This document shows positions 34,520 to 40,227 of a stretch of 40,227 nucleotides of DNA, one piece after another (within the stretch, counting starts at the first letter, position 1; every line of letters begins with the position of its first letter). The translations under genes were made by a program, and so were the position numbers. Under the pieces are notes generated by a model that was given only the letters and a program-made list of their open reading frames with translations, had not been told where the DNA came from and did not search any database. Location of the stretch: positions 1-40,227 of the forward strand of contig JAWOBU010000113.1 in assembly GCA_046484135.1 (NCBI GenBank), given 5' to 3'. This stretch comes from a bacterium (GTDB lineage Bacteria; RBG-13-61-14; DATKZS01).

Positions 34520-35674
34520 TCAAAGCTCCTTTGAAAGCAGGGTAAGCACGGTCCACATAGTTCCTCCGAAGCCGGAGGCCATGGCTGTTTTAACGTCCTT
34601 GGGCACCTGGTGATCTCCTGCGTCTCCCCTGACCTGGAGGGCGGCCTCGGCCACCCGGATCAGGGCGGTGGAGCCGATGGGATTGGTGCTCACAACGCCT
34701 CCGGAGGGGTTTATGGGGAACTTGCCCTCGATGTCGAACCCGCCGTTCTCCGTCATCTCCATCACCGTGTTCTTGTCGAGTCCCACGAAGTGGCAAATCC
34801 AGTCCAGCTCCCACCATGACGACGGATCGTACAGCTCGAACACGTCTATCTGGTTTAAGGGGTCAGTTATGTTGTTTCTCTCATACAGCCTTCTTGCGCA
34901 AACCTTGTGGGTAAGCTCCTGCGGTCTCGGCCCTCCCCGGTGAAAGGTGTCCTCCCGGTGAGTGGTAATATGGTCCTTGACCCAGACCGGCTTTCTCGGG
35001 TTTCTCTTCGCGTTCTCTTCGTTGGTGTAGATGATGGAGCAGGTGCCGTTGGACTCGGGGCACATGTGCAGAAGCCGGAGCGGATATGCCAACAGCCTCG
35101 AGTTCATGACGTCCTCCTCGGTGATGTTCACCCGGAGGTGGGCCTTGGGGTTCCGGACGGCGTTTTTGGCCGCGCGGACCCTGCTCTTGGCAGCGGCCCA
35201 TTCAGCGCGCTCTCCGAACTCCTTGACCCAGATGAGGCCGATGGTGCCGGTAATGGCCCCGGTCTGGAGCTCCCTTCCCCACAAAGGGTCGGCCATGCCG
35301 GTAATGCCGGTGGTGGTCTGTCCTTCCTCCTGCTTCTCGAACCCGATGGCCAGCACTGTGTCATAGAGCCCGGAAGCCACCAGGTTGGATGCGGCGCAGG
35401 AGACGGTCGCGCCGGTGGTCCCGCCGGTGGTGATGCGGAAGCCGGGTTTCATCTGGGCCCCATCTCCCATCACGTGCCACATATCCGGTTGATGGACCCC
35501 TTCAAAGAGCTCCATGTTTCCGTGCACGATACAATCAATGTCCTTGAGATCAAGACCGGAATCGTTCAGAGCGTCCTCGACCGACTCCCAGCACAGCTCC
35601 GGCTCGTTCACGTCCTGCCGGTGCCCTTTGTGATAGGTCTGGCCGATCCCGGTTATGGCAACCTTTCGATTCAT
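34520..35674 (-). CDS. Non-canonical thiolase-fold protein (SCP2/Ltp3-like)
   Basis: 'VAITGIGQT', 'NPKAH', 'CPESNG.C', 'DVFELYDP', 'PINPSGG...NPIG.TALIRVAEAALQVRG.AG.HQV', 'GFGG'. ATG at 35674 after an AAGGAGG SD. Lacks the nucleophile Cys ('TTGGTTG'). Confidence 0.88.
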   Translation of the reverse strand: MNRKVAITGIGQTYHKGHRQDVNEPELCWESVEDALNDSGLDLKDIDCIVHGNMELFEGVHQPDMWHVMGDGAQMKPGFRITTGGTTGATVSCAASNLVASGLYDTVLAIGFEKQEEGQTTTGITGMADPLWGRELQTGAITGTIGLIWVKEFGERAEWAAAKSRVRAAKNAVRNPKAHLRVNITEEDVMNSRLLAYPLRLLHMCPESNGTCSIIYTNEENAKRNPRKPVWVKDHITTHREDTFHRGGPRPQELTHKVCARRLYERNNITDPLNQIDVFELYDPSSWWELDWICHFVGLDKNTVMEMTENGGFDIEGKFPINPSGGVVSTNPIGSTALIRVAEAALQVRGDAGDHQVPKDVKTAMASGFGGTMWTVLTLLSKEL

Positions 35675-35688
35675 CAGTCCCTCCTTTC

Positions 35689-36861
35689 TTACTGGGCGGA
35701 TAAAACCATGACGCCGTGGTGCTGGGACGCCGGGCCGGTCGAGCCCTGGGCCAGGGCCAGCCGCGCGCCTTCTACCTGGCGTTTCCCGCACACGCCACGA
35801 AGCTGGAGAAAGCACTCGACCGCCCGGGCAAGTCCTCCCAGTTGCACGGGATTGCCCGAGATCATGCCGCCCGACACGTTCACCGGAAGCTCGCCTCCCA
35901 GGTCCGTCTTGCCGCTTTCTATAAGAGCGCCCGCCTTTCCGTCCGGTACCAGGCCCAGACACTCGAGCCAGAGAAGCTCCTGGTAGCTTATGGAAGCCGC
36001 GATCTCGACCAGGTCGAACTCCCGGGCCGGGTCTTGGATCCCCGCCATTTTATATGCGCGGTTCGCCGCGTCCCGCAAGGCCTCGTCGTCGGAAAGGTCC
36101 CGGTCGCCCGGATAAAAAGCGTTGTAGCAGTTTCCCATGCCGTTTATGTAGACGGGCTTGTCCGTAAGCCGGCGGGCCCGCTCCTCAGTGGTTATGATGG
36201 CGGCAATGGCCCCGTCGCTTACGGGGTAGACGTCCAGCTCCTTTAACGGGTCGCAGATGTAAGGAGTAGACATGACCTCTTCCGCGCTTACCGGGAGCCT
36301 TGTCTGGGCGCTGGGGTTCATGGAGGCGTGCTTTCTGTCGCGGGCCACCGCGAGTGCGCACTGCTCTTCAGTGGACCCGGTCCGGCCCATGTAGGCCCGG
36401 GCCTGGAGCGCGGACGCGTTCAAATAGTCCATTCCGACCCCCCTTTGGAAGATGGGGTCGAAAGCTGCGTGGGAGATGCGGTTCCTGGAGGCGGACTGGC
36501 TTTCCTTGCAATGCGCGGCCAGAATGGTTATCTCGCTGTGTCCGGAAAGCACACAGGCCGCGGCATAGGCCAGGGCCTGGAGACCGTCCTGGGCGACCTT
36601 TTCCTCGCTGCCGTAATGGGCGCCTACCAGGTCGCCGATGGGAGCGTCGGAGATGGTGCGGGCGTCCCTGAAGTCGTCCGAACAGGTCACGGCATTGTCA
36701 ATGTGTCCCGGTTTCCTTTGGTCCTGCTTGTTGAAACCGAGGCCGGTCTCTTCCCGGACCTGCTTTACGACCTCCCAGACCATCTCCTGGAACCGCTCAC
36801 CCCCTTTCTTGGGTTCGTAGCGGGTTTGAGCCATCGCAACGATGGCCGCTCTTTGTTCCAT
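35689..36861 (-). CDS. Non-canonical thiolase-fold protein (SCP2/Ltp4-like)
   Basis: 'AAIVAMAQT', 'D.RTIS', 'EEKVAQDG..AL', 'NPSAQ', 'PVSDGAIA', 'PVNVSGG...GNP....GLAR..E..LQLRG..G.RQV.GAR.ALAQG'. ATG at 36861 after an AGGAGG SD. Confidence 0.88.
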   Translation of the reverse strand: MEQRAAIVAMAQTRYEPKKGGERFQEMVWEVVKQVREETGLGFNKQDQRKPGHIDNAVTCSDDFRDARTISDAPIGDLVGAHYGSEEKVAQDGLQALAYAAACVLSGHSEITILAAHCKESQSASRNRISHAAFDPIFQRGVGMDYLNASALQARAYMGRTGSTEEQCALAVARDRKHASMNPSAQTRLPVSAEEVMSTPYICDPLKELDVYPVSDGAIAAIITTEERARRLTDKPVYINGMGNCYNAFYPGDRDLSDDEALRDAANRAYKMAGIQDPAREFDLVEIAASISYQELLWLECLGLVPDGKAGALIESGKTDLGGELPVNVSGGMISGNPVQLGGLARAVECFLQLRGVCGKRQVEGARLALAQGSTGPASQHHGVMVLSAQ

Positions 36862-37009
36862 CTTTAACTCCTCCTTTCGGGGTTCGGTTCTATTGGGGGC
36901 TGGAATAAAACAGTTCTCATTATCTGGTTTGCAAATCATATCAAAGGAGATTTATTTAAGCAAGGGCAAAGGTTACAATAATGAAAGCTTTTTTTAAGGG
37001 AGGCGGACG

Positions 37010-38320
37010 ATGAAAGAGTATTTTCCTTTTATCAAGCAGGTGGAGTACGAAGGCCCGGAATCCAGGAACCCATTTGCTTTCAAGCATTATAACTCAAGGG
37101 AAGAGGTTTTGGGCAAGAGTATGGAGTCGCATCTTCGGTTTGCGGTCTGTTACTGGCACACTTTCCGGGCGACGGGCGGTGACCCTTTCGGTCCGGGGAC
37201 CATGATCCGGGAGTGGCACCAGTCGCCAGACCCCATGGAGGAGGCGGAACAGACCATGCACGCGGCTTTCGAGTTCTTCTCGAAGTTGGGCGTGCCTTTC
37301 TGGTGCTTTCACGACCGGGACATCGCGCCGGAAGCGGACAACCTGGCGGAGACGAACCGCAGGCTGGACCGGATGCTTGATCTGGCTCTCAAGCTCCAGG
37401 ACGACACCGGCGTGCGGCTGTTGTGGGGCACCACCAACGCGTTTTCGAACCGCAGGTTCATGGCGGGCGCGTCCACTAATCCCTCTCCGCACGTGTTCGC
37501 TTATGCGGCCTCGCAGGTGAAGAAGGCCATGGAGCTGACCCACGCTTTGGGCGGGCAAAACTACGTGTTCTGGGGCGGCCGGGAAGGCTACGAGACCCTT
37601 TTGAACACGGACATGAAGCGGGAGCTGGACCACCTGGCCCGGTTCCTGCGGATGGCCGCGGATTACAAGAAGGAGCTCGGGTTCGAGGGCCGGCTTTTAA
37701 TCGAGCCCAAGCCCAAGGAGCCCACCAAGCACCAGTACGACTTTGACGCGGCCGCGGTTTACGGGTTCCTGGTAAAGCACGGTCTCGCGGACGACTTCAA
37801 GATCAACATCGAGGCCAACCACGCTACTCTCGCCATGCACGAGTTCCAGCACGAGCTCGAGTTCTGCGCGGCGAACAACGTACTGGGCTCGGTGGACGCC
37901 AACCGGGGCGACCTGCTGCTGGGCTGGGACACGGACCAGTTTCCCACCGATATCCGGGAGACGGCGCTGGCCATGTACACCATCCTTCGGGCGGGCGGCT
38001 TCGACAAGGGAGGCCTTAACTTTGACGCCCACCTCCGGCGGCAGTCCATTGACGCGGAAGACCTGTTCCACGCCCACATCGGCGGCATGGACGCCTTTGC
38101 CCGGGGCTTGAAGGCCGCGGCCCGGCTTTTAGAGGACGGCAGGCTGGAAGACTTTAAAAATGAGCGTTATAAGGGGTGGGACAGTGAGCTCGGCCGGGAG
38201 ATCGAGTCCGGCAAGCTCGGCTTCAAAGAGCTCGAGCATTACGCTATCGAACACGGCGAGCCGGAAATCCGGAGCGGCCGCCAGGAGATGCTGGAGAACA
38301 TTCTGAACGAGTACCTGTGA
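37010..38320 (+). CDS. xylA: Xylose isomerase (class II)
   Basis: 'RFAVCYWHTF', 'FHDRD', 'VFWGGREGY', 'LIEPKP.EPTKHQYD.D', 'NIEANHATLA', 'GWDTDQF', 'GGLNFDA', 'SGRQEMLE'. Confidence 0.96.
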   Translation: MKEYFPFIKQVEYEGPESRNPFAFKHYNSREEVLGKSMESHLRFAVCYWHTFRATGGDPFGPGTMIREWHQSPDPMEEAEQTMHAAFEFFSKLGVPFWCFHDRDIAPEADNLAETNRRLDRMLDLALKLQDDTGVRLLWGTTNAFSNRRFMAGASTNPSPHVFAYAASQVKKAMELTHALGGQNYVFWGGREGYETLLNTDMKRELDHLARFLRMAADYKKELGFEGRLLIEPKPKEPTKHQYDFDAAAVYGFLVKHGLADDFKINIEANHATLAMHEFQHELEFCAANNVLGSVDANRGDLLLGWDTDQFPTDIRETALAMYTILRAGGFDKGGLNFDAHLRRQSIDAEDLFHAHIGGMDAFARGLKAAARLLEDGRLEDFKNERYKGWDSELGREIESGKLGFKELEHYAIEHGEPEIRSGRQEMLENILNEYL

Positions 38321-38350
38321 GAGTAAAGGAGTTATTTAAACGCCCTAAGT

Positions 38351-38689
38351 TTATTGGCCGGGAATGACGCAGATGAACTCGAGATCGGAGTCGGAGGCGT
38401 TTTTGAACTGATGGGTCTCGCCGGCAGGCACGAAGATAACGTCTCCGGCTTTTATGCCTTTCGGGCCTTCTGCTGATGCGAGTTCCCCTTTTCCAGAGAG
38501 TACATAGACCTCGTGCTCCCAGTCGTGGTCGTGTCGGGGCGTGTATCCTCCCGGCCGGACCCGGAACCTGCGCATGGTGAAGTTGTCCGCACCGTCGTCC
38601 GGACCGATCAGGACCCGGATGAATACTCCTTGCGCTCCCTCTTCATCTACCTCTTTTTCCGGAATGTCCAGGTAAAATAAATGCTTCAT
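38351..38689 (-). CDS. Cupin domain protein
   Basis: 'PGGYTPRHDHDWEHEVYVLSG', 'GDVIFVPAGETHQF.N' is the two-motif cupin signature. Confidence 0.9.
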   Translation of the reverse strand: MKHLFYLDIPEKEVDEEGAQGVFIRVLIGPDDGADNFTMRRFRVRPGGYTPRHDHDWEHEVYVLSGKGELASAEGPKGIKAGDVIFVPAGETHQFKNASDSDLEFICVIPGQ

Positions 38690-38764
38690 GCCATCAGTCC
38701 TTTATAGAGCAGGTGTTTATGTCAAAAAAACAAAAGGATTCGTTGGTAACATTTTGCCGCAACC

Positions 38765-38807
38765 TCTCCCATGATCTTCAATCACCCACACAACAAGTTG
38801 GGCCATC
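38765..38807. repeat. Repeat family B copy with a 4-bp deletion in the right palindrome arm
   Basis: TCTCCCATGATCTTCAATCACCCACACAACAAGTTG----GGCCATC aligned with 537-583. Confidence 0.8.
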
Positions 38808-38832
38808 CCCCACTAAGAAGCGGTATCTTAAA

Positions 38833-40227
38833 TCAGTCCGTCTCCTGCTTCACGGTCTGGATGATGCCGCGATGGTCGCACAGCTCCTCCAGCACGTAAT
38901 ACTTGGCTTTCAGGGCGTCGGCCAGTTTCCTGGAGCGGCCGAAGCTGCCGAGCCTTTTCTCTTCCGCGTCTATTACAATGGACCGGAGCCTTTCTTCCAT
39001 GGAGAGGAGATCGCAAAGGCCATAAATTTCCCGGTAGATTTCTCCGAACTGCGGGCCGTCATAGTATTTTTCTCTCGAGAGTCCCACGTTGGCCCTACCG
39101 TCGGTGATGACCACCATGAGGGGCAGGAGCGACGGGTCCTGCCGGAGTTGGGACTTGAGAAGCTGATACGATACCAGCAGTCCCTGCCCGAGCGGAGTCT
39201 TGCCGCCGGTGGGAAGCTCCTCGAGCAGCTTCTTGGCGATCTCGATGGAGTTGGTGGGCGGCAGCATGACCTCTGCGTCCATTCCCTTGAACGCGACCAG
39301 TCCCACCTTGTCCCGCTTCTGGTAGGCCTCCATGAGCAGGGCCATGATGGCGCCCTTGGTCTCGGTCATAAGCCTGGTGCCCATGGACCCGGAAGCGTCC
39401 ACCACGAACAAGAGCAGGTTCGAGGTCTTCTTCTGTCGTATCTTCTCCCGGATGTCGGGCTCTTTTATGTTGACGGCGAGGCCTTTGTCTTTGCGGTGTC
39501 TCTGGTAGGGCGCCGCCGCCCGGAGTGTTGCGTCAAAAGCGAGGTCGTCGTTTTTCCTTTCCATGGTGGCCCGGACGTACCTGCCGGTCTTGTTTTCGGT
39601 GGTGGTCAGGGTCCTTCTTCCGCCGCTTTTTCGTTTCAGGGAATCGCGCGCGAACCTGATCTGATCGGTAGGAACCTGGACCGGCTCGCCTATGTCAAAG
39701 CTTTGCTCCCTGATTCCGCCCGGGTCCTGTCCAGCCCGGTCCTGGGTGTTGCCGGTGTTGGGCTGCGCTTCAGCGGTGCCGTCTTCCCGGCAGTCCTCCG
39801 GCTCGCCGGGCCGCTCTTCCTGTTGTCCCTCTTGGTTCTCGGAGCGGGAGTCCTGTTGCTGCTGTTCCTCTTCGCTATCCTGGTCCTCCTGTTCCGACTC
39901 CTGTTGGTCTTCCCGGCTCTGGCTTTGCTCGGACGGGGCCTGCTCTTCCGGCGCCCGCATGCGATGGGGAAGGACCAGCTCCGCGGCCTCCTTTACGTCC
40001 GAGGGAAGCACCTCCTCCCGGCCGGCCAGGGCCGCCACGGTCCGCGCCGTCTTTTCCATGAGCAGGTCCGCCCGGTGTCCGGCCACGTTATGGGCCGCGC
40101 ACACCTGGCTTATGAGGTTTATAAGCTCGTTGCTGATCTTTACTGACGGCAGCTTTTCCTTGGCTTTTACAATCTGCTCTCGGATCGCGGACTCCTGGAA
40201 ATCCCAGGTCTGGAGATAGCCTGAAGG
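38833..40227 (-). CDS. Mg/Co-chelatase ChlD/BchD-like subunit with C-terminal VWA domain (5' part outside the window)
   Basis: The frame is open to the window edge (PSGYLQTWDF...). AAA lid 'GHRAD...A.AAL.GR..V...D...AAELVLPHR', acidic Q/E linker, 'ATLRAAAPYQ', MIDAS 'VVDASGSM', 'PTGGKTPL', 'ITDGRAN'. Confidence 0.9.
   Translation of the reverse strand, partial: PSGYLQTWDFQESAIREQIVKAKEKLPSVKISNELINLISQVCAAHNVAGHRADLLMEKTARTVAALAGREEVLPSDVKEAAELVLPHRMRAPEEQAPSEQSQSREDQQESEQEDQDSEEEQQQQDSRSENQEGQQEERPGEPEDCREDGTAEAQPNTGNTQDRAGQDPGGIREQSFDIGEPVQVPTDQIRFARDSLKRKSGGRRTLTTTENKTGRYVRATMERKNDDLAFDATLRAAAPYQRHRKDKGLAVNIKEPDIREKIRQKKTSNLLLFVVDASGSMGTRLMTETKGAIMALLMEAYQKRDKVGLVAFKGMDAEVMLPPTNSIEIAKKLLEELPTGGKTPLGQGLLVSYQLLKSQLRQDPSLLPLMVVITDGRANVGLSREKYYDGPQFGEIYREIYGLCDLLSMEERLRSIVIDAEEKRLGSFGRSRKLADALKAKYYVLEELCDHRGIIQTVKQETD

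Overview
GC-rich chromosomal segment of a diderm, probably anaerobic, Deltaproteobacteria-like bacterium (inferred from gene content: porin, Dif-like chemosensory cluster, DUF3786, Na+-translocating decarboxylase). In order: a repeat-rich non-coding first ~890 bp; DUF3786 protein; sdhCAB-type succinate dehydrogenase/fumarate reductase; a hypothetical protein; hflKC; FGGY kinase; bifunctional FBP aldolase/phosphatase with an apparent Cys/His insert; sulfatase-like lipoprotein; porin; thymidylate kinase-like protein; MetH-activation-domain protein; radical SAM enzyme; PAS hybrid kinase; iolB preceded by a 22-codon SDR remnant; a Dif-like mcp-cheW-cheY-cheA-cheC-cheD cluster whose CheA has two Hpt domains; a divergently split methylmalonyl-CoA-decarboxylase-like Na+ pump; xsc; an Ltp4/Ltp3-like non-canonical thiolase pair with two DUF35 (Zn-ribbon/OB-fold) partners; xylA; a cupin; and a partial ChlD-like chelatase. 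The best candidate for a novel system is the thiolase-fold/DUF35 operon, whose last DUF35 subunit carries a ~220-aa histone-H1-like Lys/Thr/Ala tail. Two dispersed palindromic REP-like families are present, one copy at an apparent deletion junction. No rRNA, tRNA, CRISPR array or transposase gene was recognised. All family assignments come from motif recognition by eye, not database searches.
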